This document shows, piece after piece, positions 44,137 through 54,607 of a stretch of 64,000 nt of DNA. Within the stretch, counting starts at the first letter, position 1, and each line of letters opens with the position of its first letter. The position numbers and the translations under genes are program-made. The stretch lies in IMG/VR virus record IMGVR_UViG_3300003320_000766; one strand, written 5' to 3'. Below the pieces are notes generated by a model that had not been told where the DNA came from, ran no database searches, and worked only from the letters and a program-made list of their open reading frames with translations. The DNA comes from a virus.

Positions 44137-46206
44137 TTAGTTTGTAAATGAGCCAGATATTGTTGATATGCCAGGACAAGGTTCAATAAGTTCTACCTCA
44201 GCAAATGTTACTGGGCTACAAACGAACGTCACACATTTATTTCTCAATTCGCAGAACATATTTATCAACTCCTCATCATTAGTAGTTGTCATATATTCTA
44301 AGAATGCTCGTGCAAAATCCGCCCTGGACCACATACCGCACTTTCCATTTCTCGTTCCCAATAAAGCATCATCTACTTTGATAGCATCTGTTGCAACAAA
44401 AATATTTTTTATTGTTGAACAATTTATAGCCATCAATGACTTGAGACTATTCAAGGAAGTGCAATAAGCGTCAAGGAAAGCCGTCATCAATTGGCTCTGT
44501 GTAGTTGCGGTACTGCCTGTTATCGTAGATACCGCCTTTGTTTTAATATCTCCGGCATTATCTACATAGCATATATTATATGACTTACTCAGTTTTACCT
44601 GAGAATCGTCCAGATCACATAAATAATCTATAATAGCTTGTAATATTTGAAGTAATCCCAAGCAAATTTTAGGGACTTGGCGTATAATATTTTCACCATT
44701 AAAGACAAATGTCATGGTGCCAATAACATGTGTCTGATTTTCGCTTGTTATCACTGTTTTTACAGGACTTGATGTAGAATCATAAAATGCATCAAAAGTC
44801 CCTTTATTCAATCCATTGAGCCAAGATTTAATAGATGCCCCATTTCGTATACCCAATCCTGTAGGCGCTGCATATGTGATACCGTCTATTATAATATTTA
44901 ATACTGTTTTGCTGGCATCAGTAGCATTTTCGGATAATTGATATGTACAATCAGTTGAATCAATAATACACTTACCATCTAATCCGGAAAAATCAAGAGG
45001 AGATTCCTCTATCAAGGAATTGAATATATTTTTTAGCGTAGGGGAATTCTTTATTTCATTTAATATGTCACCTGTAAGAAGGTTTTTGTTAATCTCTACA
45101 CTATATGTAATGGCACAGTCAGTTTCCTTTCCAGAAACCACAAAAGCTTGATCTCCTGTGTCCGCATTAACAACAGTGACGGCTTTAGTTTTAATTTTCC
45201 AAATACCGCCTTCTAAAGTTGTAGTAGTAGCGCATACTCCGTCTAATACAACAGGATCAAATGACGTTATGATAGCTTTAGGTTCAATTGATTCTGCACC
45301 ATCACAATTACAACTACAATTTAATTTCTCTGCAATGTCCTCTATCAGATCACCTGCGTTTTTCCCACATTTCTCCATTGATAAAGCCAGCACTAATGGT
45401 AATGCTACTTCATTTAATTTTTGCTTAGCATCTCGTCCCTGGATAGTAGTGGGGTCTTTTTCAACAACCGACTGTAGCTTTTCTATACAGCAAAGTATAT
45501 CGCAAATATTTGTATTACAATTAACAGTGAATTTTTTAGTAGATGAATAAGAAATGTTTACGAATACATTGTCTCCCAAATCGTATAATGAAACCGACTT
45601 ATTCCTTACAATATAATCTCCTGTATAAATTTTTCCGCTACCGATAATCTCAAACGGGGTATAAGTAAAGGCTACTTGAGCCAATGTTCCCTGTGGATAA
45701 TAAAGCACTCCATTTTTAATGGTACTGATAGGATAAAGTCCTTTATAAGAAAAGTTAGTATTTTCTACGATGGTTAATTTAGGGATTGTGCAGTCGGCTT
45801 GGTAATCAAATATCCCTGGAACAATGCCATTTTTTATTCCTTTTGGAGAACAAATTTCTTTCGTTACTTCTACGGAGTAATCATGACCATCGGCTTCACG
45901 CAATACTCCTTTTATTATATACCATCCATATTGGGAAGGTGAATTACTTAGTTGAACTTCATATGTAAGCTGTCCCGCCCCGATCTGCGTTGGAGATATG
46001 TCTGTATTAGGAAAATCAACTAAAGATAATGGAACGCCACTAGGGTCTATAACGGAAAAATTAATTCCTACAATAGCGGTTCCACCCCCAGGCTTGAATA
46101 TAGTTAGATTGGAGATATCCAAAATCAACTTGGCATTCTCCAAATCAAAGGTAGCCCTAAATCCAAATTGGAGAACATTCGTTGTATTTATTGTAGCAGG
46201 ATTCAT
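44137..46206 (-). CDS. Cys-rich structural protein
   Basis: ATG 46206; about 24 Cys; ends PCPGISTISGSF like the 35136 gene. Confidence 0.6.
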   Translation of the reverse strand: MNPATINTTNVLQFGFRATFDLENAKLILDISNLTIFKPGGGTAIVGINFSVIDPSGVPLSLVDFPNTDISPTQIGAGQLTYEVQLSNSPSQYGWYIIKGVLREADGHDYSVEVTKEICSPKGIKNGIVPGIFDYQADCTIPKLTIVENTNFSYKGLYPISTIKNGVLYYPQGTLAQVAFTYTPFEIIGSGKIYTGDYIVRNKSVSLYDLGDNVFVNISYSSTKKFTVNCNTNICDILCCIEKLQSVVEKDPTTIQGRDAKQKLNEVALPLVLALSMEKCGKNAGDLIEDIAEKLNCSCNCDGAESIEPKAIITSFDPVVLDGVCATTTTLEGGIWKIKTKAVTVVNADTGDQAFVVSGKETDCAITYSVEINKNLLTGDILNEIKNSPTLKNIFNSLIEESPLDFSGLDGKCIIDSTDCTYQLSENATDASKTVLNIIIDGITYAAPTGLGIRNGASIKSWLNGLNKGTFDAFYDSTSSPVKTVITSENQTHVIGTMTFVFNGENIIRQVPKICLGLLQILQAIIDYLCDLDDSQVKLSKSYNICYVDNAGDIKTKAVSTITGSTATTQSQLMTAFLDAYCTSLNSLKSLMAINCSTIKNIFVATDAIKVDDALLGTRNGKCGMWSRADFARAFLEYMTTTNDEELINMFCELRNKCVTFVCSPVTFAEVELIEPCPGISTISGSFTN

Positions 46207-46219
46207 GTCATTGATATTT

Positions 46220-46263
46220 AGAAAGAAAGGCATAAGCAAGAAATTGCTCTTACCTATGCCTTC
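46220..46263 (-). terminator. Hairpin with U-rich tail
   Basis: GAAGGCATA..AGCAA-tttc-TTGCT-TATGCCTTTCTTTC on the - strand. Confidence 0.45.
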
Positions 46264-46320
46264 TTTTACTTTGAAACGGAGAGTTGTTGGAGGTTGAAGC
46301 CAACTTCTTTAAAATAATGG

Positions 46321-46371
46321 TTATTTGCCTCCGCAGCTGCCGCAACCATTACCATGATTAATCTGTTTCAT
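46321..46371 (-). CDS. 16-aa CxxC micropeptide MKQINHGNGCGSCGGK
   Basis: Manually read; A-rich leader like other genes in this genome. Confidence 0.4.
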   Translation of the reverse strand: MKQINHGNGCGSCGGK

Positions 46372-46427
46372 GTGTGCTTTTTTTAACGTTAAAAAAAGAG
46401 GTTCTTATTAGGACTGGGTGGATTAGG

Positions 46428-47249
46428 TTATACTGTTGATCGTTTACCAACGATTAATTGCGCTTGGTTTACTACCGTAGTAGTAAGCCTTACTTTACCA
46501 GCGTTGGATGTGTATGTACCCTTTGCACTGTAGTTTGCATTACCAGTTGCAGCTGTAACCAAAGCAGCAACGGTAGCTCCGGCCAATGTAGGCGTAATTT
46601 GAACACCATCAGCGATTAAATCTAATGTCAGCTCTTCGTTAGCTCCCAACGTTGGAGGCGTATTGGAGTCAAACACTTTGCTGGTCTCGCCAGTTTTTGT
46701 ATCTCCCGATCTGAATACGGGCTCGTAATAAGCAGAAAAAGTATAAGTAGAAGTACTTGTTCCGGAATTATATCCCGTCCGAGTTACGGTTCCAGGAATG
46801 GCATATCCCATATAATCTAACATCACTCGTTGCACATCATATAATGTGTTGTTATCCACGCGAGTAAATGTATATGTTGCTGCAACAAGATCAGCAGTTG
46901 ATGGGAAAGTGCCATTATACCGGCCCGCAATGGCATCAGGCACCGTACCGCAACACGCGTTACATGCGCTTTTAATATCATCGACAGCTGCTGCATCCAG
47001 CAGAACGCCGCCACCGCCTTTAAAAGAAACAAAAACTCCTTGCAGGGTGCCTGGTTTTGTCGGTGATGGAGCTTGCATGGTCATCCCATACATGCTATCT
47101 GTTTCTCCACAACAGCCCCTTTCAGGAACCAGCCATGCGTCTACAGGCGTACCGCCGTCCAGATCATCACAATTAAAATTTATGTCGCAACCATTAGCAA
47201 AGAAGTCTCCATTTTGCCATAGTTTCTTGCCAGTGATAATGTTACCCAT
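46428..47249 (-). CDS. Putative auxiliary capsid/decoration protein
   Basis: Beta-rich, two genes downstream of the capsid gene. Confidence 0.45.
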   Translation of the reverse strand: MGNIITGKKLWQNGDFFANGCDINFNCDDLDGGTPVDAWLVPERGCCGETDSMYGMTMQAPSPTKPGTLQGVFVSFKGGGGVLLDAAAVDDIKSACNACCGTVPDAIAGRYNGTFPSTADLVAATYTFTRVDNNTLYDVQRVMLDYMGYAIPGTVTRTGYNSGTSTSTYTFSAYYEPVFRSGDTKTGETSKVFDSNTPPTLGANEELTLDLIADGVQITPTLAGATVAALVTAATGNANYSAKGTYTSNAGKVRLTTTVVNQAQLIVGKRSTV

Positions 47250-47285
47250 TTTTACAGGAATTTAAAAAGTTGAAAATTATTTTCT

Positions 47286-48215
47286 TTAAGACAGCTCTTT
47301 TTCCCTGGTGGTGATAGCGGCCTTAATTTTTGTTATTGCGTCGTAAATAGCAGGTTCGAGCGCACTGTGAATTACTTCCACCAGCTTTTCATGCCCATTG
47401 ACATTTTTGTCCAATCCGCTGATAATAGGTTTATCGGTGGTAGTCAATATAACATCTCCGGGAGAACCAAGATTGAGTAATTGAAGATCATTGGCTCTTA
47501 CCAGTACACGCTGTACCTCTTGATGATATTCTTCTATTGTTTTAAGGAACAAGGACGGATTTTTCTTTACAGAAGCTATAAGTTCCTGTAGAATTATCTT
47601 ATCCTGTTTTTGCGGGTCAATACCATAAATCTCGGCAAATACGCGAAGTCGTTTCGCATTGTCTTTGATGGACATTACGATATCCAGCGCGTTATATAGT
47701 ATATCTGTTTCTGAAAGTTCTTTTGAGACAACCTTTTCCTGATCATATTCCTCAAACGCTTTATCAGTAAGCGTTGGGTTACATGATTTTGAATCAGTGT
47801 TCATAGAATGAATCTTCAACAGCTGTACCAATGATGCCTGCGTAACAGGGTCGAAATTATTCAACCCGTTATGAAGATCAATCATGTATTCGGATTCGGT
47901 GGGAAACAATTTGCGTGAATCCTGATATTGCTTATCAATGGATTTACAAGCGGATAATGCTCTCACTTCAATTATTTCTCCGCCTTCTGCTCCCCATTCC
48001 AAAAATGTTACTTCACCAGTAGGTTTACCATCTTTACCAAGTGTGCGTTTACCCCAGGCTTTCGTATAATTTGGAACACTTACAAGACCTAATACTGATA
48101 CTGCTTTTTCGGTAGGTCCTTTTGGCAAACCAGTTTTTTTATCCAACTGGCCAACTTCAATTTCCTGTGGTTCAGATATACCAACCTTAATTGTATAATA
48201 CTTTTCCGTTCCCAT
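47286..48215 (-). CDS. Conserved post-capsid protein of crAss-like phages (function unknown)
   Basis: Synteny directly after the major capsid protein. Confidence 0.5.
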   Translation of the reverse strand: MGTEKYYTIKVGISEPQEIEVGQLDKKTGLPKGPTEKAVSVLGLVSVPNYTKAWGKRTLGKDGKPTGEVTFLEWGAEGGEIIEVRALSACKSIDKQYQDSRKLFPTESEYMIDLHNGLNNFDPVTQASLVQLLKIHSMNTDSKSCNPTLTDKAFEEYDQEKVVSKELSETDILYNALDIVMSIKDNAKRLRVFAEIYGIDPQKQDKIILQELIASVKKNPSLFLKTIEEYHQEVQRVLVRANDLQLLNLGSPGDVILTTTDKPIISGLDKNVNGHEKLVEVIHSALEPAIYDAITKIKAAITTREKELS

Positions 48216-48230
48216 AGTATGTGTATTTTA

Positions 48231-48258
48231 AATCCGGCATTTCTTCAAATGCCGGATT
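48231..48258 (-). terminator. Hairpin terminator after capsid gene
   Basis: AATCCGGCATTT-gaag-AAATGCCGGATT perfect 12-bp stem. Confidence 0.7.
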
Positions 48259-48264
48259 ATATTG

Positions 48265-49701
48265 TTAACATTGAACTTTTTGCAGCAATCCTAATTTGGA
48301 TGGGCAATGAATTTCCAGGCCGAATTCATCTTTCATAAACACCTGATAATTGCGACATCCTTGTTCACGAAAGTCATAAGACCATACATTCTTTTGCTTA
48401 GCTGGTTCACAACCTTCCTGTACTGCGTATGTAACCGCAGGGACAACATTGCCCAATGTATCTTTAAACTTACAGGCTGGCATGATAACCGCAAAGTTCG
48501 ACTGCATGTTGCCATAACGATATGCCTCAAGCGCATCAAGCAAGAAGGTAGCGAATTTAAAACCAAATGCTTCGAATTTTTTAAATTGAAACCATTTGAA
48601 ATCCATTACACCACCACCGCCATTGCCGAATAAACTGAAAATATGTTCCTGTTTATTTGCAGCGATCATATTAGCGATTGCTTCTGACCAGTCCATCTCA
48701 AACCCCTGATCATTCAGAAACAACCATTCGGTGCAACCATTTACCTTCCGGCCATTACGTATCATACCGAAAATGATCTGCTTCAGGGATGTTCCGCTGG
48801 ATGGGTCATAGAATTTGTTATACATACCTGACTTACGGGCTGTAGGAACAAGACCATCTACCCCCATCTGTTTCACATCATCTCTTTGTCCCCATAAAGT
48901 TTCAATCACCCTGGAATCAATCCAGTCAACCATCAATTTATCCATCAATACTGAGGGACAAAAATGGTCTACCATCTTCCCGGTTTTTGGATTGAGACCT
49001 TTAAGGATAGTAAACTCCACATCATAGGCGTAGCCATCCAACTCATCCTCTCTTACGCAGTAAGATTTTTCCCATTTCTGGACATATGCTTTACGCAGAT
49101 TTGGAGGGTTTAATAGGAATGCTTCAGAAACAATACAATTCGGGTCATTCTTAATGTACATCCGAAGCGGATTTACTAGCAAGGTATAGGTATCAAGCTG
49201 TGTCAGATCAACAACTTCTCCATTGATACCGCGCACAGTAATGGTAGTTGCCCCGGTGACTGATCTGTTGACATCTTCGATATCAACAGCTTGACCATTT
49301 TTTTCTTTTATATAAGCGCGATAGCCCTTTTGTGCGCCAGTGAATTTGCCATTTTGGCTATGACTACCTGCGGTCAAAGTTAAAACTACTGTTTGACCTG
49401 GGCCGGATGCTGCTGCCGCTTTTTTGACAGATAATGTAATCTGTGCATCCTGACAATATTCAGTCCAGTAAAAAGGATTCGTTTTAACAGTACGCTTGTC
49501 TGCACCCAGGCTGGCCTGTAATTGTGCAAACAGCCCTTCGACAGAGGTCTGATTATAACACAGTACTGTTCCCTGTCTTAAGTCAGGTCTTAACGCAATT
49601 TGCGCCAGTGGATCATAAAATGGTAGGGTGGATTGACCTGAAAGACATTCGTCTATAGAAAATGTTCCAGCAGAACAGGTAAAAGAAGCTGCCATTGTCA
49701 A
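48265..49701 (-). CDS. Major capsid protein (crAss-like)
   Basis: 478 aa after scaffold and portal; size, synteny, downstream hairpin; ETLWGQR..GLVP segment. Confidence 0.8.
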   Translation of the reverse strand: MTMAASFTCSAGTFSIDECLSGQSTLPFYDPLAQIALRPDLRQGTVLCYNQTSVEGLFAQLQASLGADKRTVKTNPFYWTEYCQDAQITLSVKKAAAASGPGQTVVLTLTAGSHSQNGKFTGAQKGYRAYIKEKNGQAVDIEDVNRSVTGATTITVRGINGEVVDLTQLDTYTLLVNPLRMYIKNDPNCIVSEAFLLNPPNLRKAYVQKWEKSYCVREDELDGYAYDVEFTILKGLNPKTGKMVDHFCPSVLMDKLMVDWIDSRVIETLWGQRDDVKQMGVDGLVPTARKSGMYNKFYDPSSGTSLKQIIFGMIRNGRKVNGCTEWLFLNDQGFEMDWSEAIANMIAANKQEHIFSLFGNGGGGVMDFKWFQFKKFEAFGFKFATFLLDALEAYRYGNMQSNFAVIMPACKFKDTLGNVVPAVTYAVQEGCEPAKQKNVWSYDFREQGCRNYQVFMKDEFGLEIHCPSKLGLLQKVQC

Positions 49702-49715
49702 ATGATGTTTTAATG

Positions 49716-50915
49716 TTAGTAGTTTCTACCTCCTGGGAATGCCTTCTTTATTTTAGCCATATCCGCAGGGGTCAGTTCCGTTTCTGATACGGTTGTATTG
49801 GTGATAAGAGCAGGGTCTACAAATGGAGCTTTAGCCCCAACGCCACCTTTCTTTGTGCCAATATCCATAGCAGTTTTAATCGCCGTGTTTACAATATCTT
49901 CATGATACTTCAACCGGATGAAATTCTTAACCAAATCATTCATCCTTTTGGATGCCTCTGGGCCTCCTTTTTGAACAAAAAAGTCAAGATTTTGGTCATT
50001 CACAAGGTAGCTTTCTACTTCCTTTAAATCGACTTTGTCTAAGGAATAAACCACTTTGTTTTCACCATCTATGTCAAAAGTCATTTCCTTTGGAAGCGAC
50101 TTTAATACATCGTTTTTTATTACCGCTTTAAATTGCGAAACATTGTTAACAAATGTTTGCTTTTTTTCATACTGCGTTTTTACATCATTCCATTTATCTT
50201 CATAATCACCTCGCAGATTGGCGGCTGTCTTTTCGATTATTTTTTGAGCTTGGTCTTTTACACGGCTATTTTCTGAATTGATGTGGAACATTTCATCAAA
50301 TTCATATTTGGCTTCTGCATCCAAATCCTTGTCTTTGAAATCAGGATTATCTTTATTTTCAGCAATCCAATTCCTTTTGAACTCCCGAAAAACTAATTCC
50401 TGGTCGGTAAGACCCTTCACGTTTTCCATTTCCACAAATTCTTCTGGTGTCATATCCAGATTCCTTACCGCAAATTCTTGTACTGAGGCTTTAAAAACGT
50501 CCTCATTTCTTTTCTGTTGCTCTGGCGTTAATTGTGCTGGTGGATTGAGCTTTTGTTCCAGCTCCTCGACTGTTTGTAAATTAAACTTCTTAAGCAAATC
50601 ATCTATCGCTGCTTTTTTAACAGTTTCAGCATCTACAGTAGCCTGTTCAGTTGCCGTAGAATTATTTGTAGTTGTATTTGCTATTTCGGTAGTGGTTGCA
50701 CCAGCGGTAGCTGAAGGTTCTTTTGAAGCTGTGGTTGTTTCTGCTACACTATTTGCCTTAGCCTCCGCCCCTTTATTTTCCTCAGCAGATTGATTAGAAT
50801 TATTTTCATTTGCTACAGTAGTTCCATCAGTAGCTGTATTTGTCTCATTTGTTGATGGAGCGCCTTCAACCTGCACCCCTTCAGCTTTTTCAGAAGCATA
50901 ATTAATTAATGACAT
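49716..50915 (-). CDS. Capsid scaffolding protein
   Basis: ATG 50915; acidic low-complexity N-terminus, helical body, directly upstream of the capsid gene. Confidence 0.7.
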   Translation of the reverse strand: MSLINYASEKAEGVQVEGAPSTNETNTATDGTTVANENNSNQSAEENKGAEAKANSVAETTTASKEPSATAGATTTEIANTTTNNSTATEQATVDAETVKKAAIDDLLKKFNLQTVEELEQKLNPPAQLTPEQQKRNEDVFKASVQEFAVRNLDMTPEEFVEMENVKGLTDQELVFREFKRNWIAENKDNPDFKDKDLDAEAKYEFDEMFHINSENSRVKDQAQKIIEKTAANLRGDYEDKWNDVKTQYEKKQTFVNNVSQFKAVIKNDVLKSLPKEMTFDIDGENKVVYSLDKVDLKEVESYLVNDQNLDFFVQKGGPEASKRMNDLVKNFIRLKYHEDIVNTAIKTAMDIGTKKGGVGAKAPFVDPALITNTTVSETELTPADMAKIKKAFPGGRNY

Positions 50916-50930
50916 CTCCGTAGTTTTAAA

Positions 50931-50938
50931 CAAAACTA
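50931..50938 (-). promoter_or_regulatory. Sigma-A -7 box TAGTTTTG for scaffold/capsid operon
   Basis: Exact TAnnTTTG 16 nt upstream of the start, inside a small palindrome. Confidence 0.5.
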
Positions 50939-50959
50939 CATTTTGTTAAATATGTTTTT

Positions 50960-50967
50960 TATATTCG
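50960..50967 (+). promoter_or_regulatory. Divergent -7-like box TATATTCG
   Basis: One-mismatch TAnnTTTG variant upstream of ATG 50988. Confidence 0.35.
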
Positions 50968-50987
50968 TTAAAGAATTTACACAAATT

Positions 50988-51284
50988 ATGCGGGATAAAA
51001 ATACTGATAAGAATCCTATCCTTTACGAAATTGATGGCATTCCTATACGAGCCGTTAATAGAATATATTTACAATATGATGATCGTATATACGCTAATAT
51101 TGTTAAAGCCTCTCTTCAATACAATGTTTCAATTAATGAACTATTACGCATCATGTCCTCTCCATGTCAAATATGCGGGAACGATAAAATTGTTATTCCT
51201 CTGAATATCATAACTCATAAGGTAGGAAAAAGCGGACGTAAAATAAAAGACTTTCATAAACCAAAGGATAATCAAAATGGATAA
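50988..51284 (+). CDS. Hypothetical 98-aa protein with CxxC
   Basis: ATG 50988 preferred; PCQICGN. Confidence 0.55.
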   Translation: MRDKNTDKNPILYEIDGIPIRAVNRIYLQYDDRIYANIVKASLQYNVSINELLRIMSSPCQICGNDKIVIPLNIITHKVGKSGRKIKDFHKPKDNQNG

Positions 51285-51921
51285 GGTTTTAAAATTAATT
51301 TCTAAACTGTATAAAGAACTTACTAAAGACTGGAGTGTTGAACTCAAAAAAATAAATATTTATGAGGATGTGAATGAGATTTATTCCAAACATGATACTT
51401 ATCATGCGAATTGCATTTTATCTTTTATCGTTTTTGCATATCATCGCGAATCACAATGGCTAGAATTACACAAAGACCGGCTGGAAAATAAAACTAAAAT
51501 CATGAGAACTATTGTTGGTGACTGGGCAATGTCTGATGAGGCTTTTAGTGAAACTGTAAAGGGGAATAACAGTGCTTCTAACACTGTAATAACTTGGCTC
51601 TTAGATTATCAAAAAGATTGGAGATGGAAACAGATTGAATTAGATTTTAGTTATCATGCCCAAATAAGAGACATGACTAAGAATATCAAACCAGAAGAAG
51701 ATGCAAAAGATGCCTTAAACAAAGGTAAATGTATAGAAGAAGCACTTAAACGGAGACGGCAAGGAGAAGCACTATTGAAGGAAATTCAACAAGAATATAT
51801 GATACTTGACACCATTGCTAAACAGGAAAATAAACCGGAGCCTACTAAAGACATCAAAGGAATAATGAGTTGGGAAGATCGAATCCGTGATAAAAATAAA
51901 AATAAAGAACAAAAAAATTAA
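51277..51921 (+). CDS. Helical protein, terminase small subunit candidate
   Basis: CILSFIVFAYHRES resembles the putative TerS of crAss-like phages as recalled; no other TerS candidate adjoins terL. Confidence 0.35.
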   Translation: MDKVLKLISKLYKELTKDWSVELKKINIYEDVNEIYSKHDTYHANCILSFIVFAYHRESQWLELHKDRLENKTKIMRTIVGDWAMSDEAFSETVKGNNSASNTVITWLLDYQKDWRWKQIELDFSYHAQIRDMTKNIKPEEDAKDALNKGKCIEEALKRRRQGEALLKEIQQEYMILDTIAKQENKPEPTKDIKGIMSWEDRIRDKNKNKEQKN

Positions 51922-51943
51922 AGGCTCCTAAAAAGGAGCCTTT
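51920..51943. terminator. Bidirectional terminator
   Basis: AAAGGCTCC-taaaaa-GGAGCCTTT between convergent genes. Confidence 0.75.
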
Positions 51944-51998
51944 GTAATTTTAACACGTCTAATAAATTATTTTTAAACTGCATTACAAATATAGATAA

Positions 51999-54488
51999 TT
52001 ATATTAAAGGAGCTTGTTGTTCCGCATTAGTTTTTATCTGATTAACGGCCACCTCTTGCTCTATTCGATTATCCTTTATTTTATCTTTTTGTTCTAACTG
52101 ACTCATTGTTTTCAATCTTGTCTCAAATTCCAATAATTTAGCATCAAGCCTATTCTCTACCTCCATCACTTTTAATTGATTTTGGAATGTTGTTTGAAGC
52201 TTATTTTGTTCAATTTGATTTTGAGCATTGAGTAATTGCATCTGATAATTTCTTTCATTTTCACGCTCTTCCATCATTTGCTTTCTTCTTTGCTTAGCTT
52301 TCAATCTCAAGATAGCATACTTATATTTCACATTATTTATAAATGTTAATTCGAGGGCATCAACGGGGTCCATCAAGCCATTTGGCGCTGTTGATGCTTC
52401 CAAAGCAAACTGATTAAGAAACGCATTAGCTTCCTGGGTATTGGCCATATCTACAGTTAATCCAAGGTTTCTAAGGGGTATTCCATCAATAGCTTCGAGA
52501 GCATAACTCTGTGCCATTCCCACTATATCCCTAAATTCTTGAAGACGCCTGCTATTTTTTTCAGCAACGATTTCTTTAAAATAATATAGCATTCGCTTGC
52601 CCAATTCGGTATATCCATCTATGAAGGCTTTTTGTATATAATAAGTAGAATCGTCCGATGCTTCTAATGCTTTTTCTATTCCTCCTAATGCCTGACGTGG
52701 CTTCGGGGCCTGACCACTACTAATATCATTCTTACCAAGGCACTGCATCAATAATTGGTATATTTGAAAGATCATTGTTAATCTCTCCATTGCAGACGCT
52801 AAATGACCAGTTTTAATTTCAGTAAAAGGAGGTATAGGTTTCCCATCCTTTGTAAACATTTTACCCCATCCATAACCCGTTTGTTTTAACTTTCGTATTA
52901 CCTCCGTTATATTATCCTTTCCTTCGCGCTGACCTTCATCAAGAAGTTGGAGAGATTCAGTTATAATCTCTTCATTAAACCACTGACCATGCGGCATTGC
53001 ATTTGCTAGATCATTTTGAAATTGTTGCCAAAGAAGGTCAATCTTTCCCATAAATCGATCTTCAATTTCTGCCCAAGAAGGCTCCTCTGACTTCCATAAA
53101 ATCAATGATGATTTAGAGTATTGTTTATCTTCACCATCCCTTACCTGATCCTGAAGCGGACCAAAATCATAAATGTATTTTGCCTGATCTTCGAATGAAG
53201 TAGACGCAACATCAGAACTTCCCATGCCATGAATTGGGATGTAATACATTTTATACCAACAATTGTAATGTCGCTCTTCACGCTTACTATCAGTATAAGG
53301 AGATTCTTTTGGTGGAATCCATTTAGAATCCATTTTGTTATATCGAAAATTACCCCTAAAATATCCTTCTCCGTATACTTCCATGTTTTGCGTTTCCCAT
53401 TCAGTATATCCTATCCTAATTAGAGCACCGTCACGTTGAAGACTTGAGCATCGATCCCACTGGAGTCCATGTCCCGTAGAGCCATATCCATTATGGCGAT
53501 TTAACTCGAAAATATCTCGCAATTCTTGCTCCGATCTGTTAGCACCAAACATCCTTACAAAGTCGCCGAAAGTAATATTATATTCAATATACCAATGCGT
53601 GTGGTCACTTCCATCTAGTTTTTTGAATTTACTTACTTTAACATCATTTAAATCCAACACTTCAATGACTGGCTCTCCGGTAGTTTTACTTGTATACCAC
53701 CTAAAGGCATATCGATTAAAATTTATAAGATCACTGAGAATTTGTTCGCGTAGTATTTGAAATTTATTAGTCGTAAGATAATATTCAATTCCCAGCTCTA
53801 TAGCTATTTCCGCTCCATCTTTATGGATATAAGTGTTATATAAACTAATCCCCTCATTATCATCAATACTTGCTTTTATACTATCTATAATACTCGTTGT
53901 TCTATCAGCATTTTGAACCATTCCTTTCTTTGATCCAGTTTGCGACGCAGCCCCCTGGCCAGCTGCAAGTTTTTCGGCATATTTAAATGGATCTTCGTCA
54001 GGTCGCAGCTGGGGAATTCCTAATTCTTTATTTATTGAATTGACAAATTCAATAAACATCTTTCTTCCCAACATTTTAGAGTTTTCTTTTTGTCTCGTTG
54101 TTTGTGCATATTCATCAGCTGCACGGACTTGATGTGATATGGGAAGCTGATCTAATTTTGCTTTTTGAATTCTTCTCAAATGCAGGTAAATAGGATTCCC
54201 TTTCCAATCCGCAGAAAAATAATCCGCTGTACCACCTGTTCCATCAGGCATTTTGGGGTCAATAATATCTATGAGGGCCTGTTTATCTATTTTGCCTTTG
54301 TCTTTATCCCTAAACTTAGCAATTGTTTCAGAATCAACAAGTTTATAAGAAACCGTTTTATTAAAATAAAGCACCTGCGCTGCCCATAGCTTGTCCTTTT
54401 GTTCAATAGGTATATAGTGAAGGTAATCATAATAGGTATACCGATTAGAAGCAGATGGCTCTATAGTAGATGTGATTACTCCTGACAT
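51999..54488 (-). CDS. Portal protein (crAss-like)
   Basis: 829 aa between the terminase block and scaffold; Gln-rich C-terminal coiled coil. Confidence 0.82.
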   Translation of the reverse strand: MSGVITSTIEPSASNRYTYYDYLHYIPIEQKDKLWAAQVLYFNKTVSYKLVDSETIAKFRDKDKGKIDKQALIDIIDPKMPDGTGGTADYFSADWKGNPIYLHLRRIQKAKLDQLPISHQVRAADEYAQTTRQKENSKMLGRKMFIEFVNSINKELGIPQLRPDEDPFKYAEKLAAGQGAASQTGSKKGMVQNADRTTSIIDSIKASIDDNEGISLYNTYIHKDGAEIAIELGIEYYLTTNKFQILREQILSDLINFNRYAFRWYTSKTTGEPVIEVLDLNDVKVSKFKKLDGSDHTHWYIEYNITFGDFVRMFGANRSEQELRDIFELNRHNGYGSTGHGLQWDRCSSLQRDGALIRIGYTEWETQNMEVYGEGYFRGNFRYNKMDSKWIPPKESPYTDSKREERHYNCWYKMYYIPIHGMGSSDVASTSFEDQAKYIYDFGPLQDQVRDGEDKQYSKSSLILWKSEEPSWAEIEDRFMGKIDLLWQQFQNDLANAMPHGQWFNEEIITESLQLLDEGQREGKDNITEVIRKLKQTGYGWGKMFTKDGKPIPPFTEIKTGHLASAMERLTMIFQIYQLLMQCLGKNDISSGQAPKPRQALGGIEKALEASDDSTYYIQKAFIDGYTELGKRMLYYFKEIVAEKNSRRLQEFRDIVGMAQSYALEAIDGIPLRNLGLTVDMANTQEANAFLNQFALEASTAPNGLMDPVDALELTFINNVKYKYAILRLKAKQRRKQMMEERENERNYQMQLLNAQNQIEQNKLQTTFQNQLKVMEVENRLDAKLLEFETRLKTMSQLEQKDKIKDNRIEQEVAVNQIKTNAEQQAPLI

Positions 54489-54503
54489 TTAAATCATTTT
54501 CAC

Positions 54504-54511
54504 CAAAAATA
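54504..54511 (-). promoter_or_regulatory. Sigma-A -7 box TATTTTTG upstream of portal
   Basis: Exact TAnnTTTG between an upstream terminator and the portal start. Confidence 0.5.
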
Positions 54512-54533
54512 CAAAAGAAAAGAGTAAAATATT

Positions 54534-54565
54534 ACAAAAAAAGGATGTGCTTCCAACACATCCTT
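54534..54565 (-). terminator. Intrinsic terminator
   Basis: AAGGATGTG-ttggaag-CACATCCTT followed by a T-tract. Confidence 0.75.
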
Positions 54566-54607
54566 AATACAACTTTGTGACTTGGCTAGTCCACTGGTAT
54601 TGTTCTG

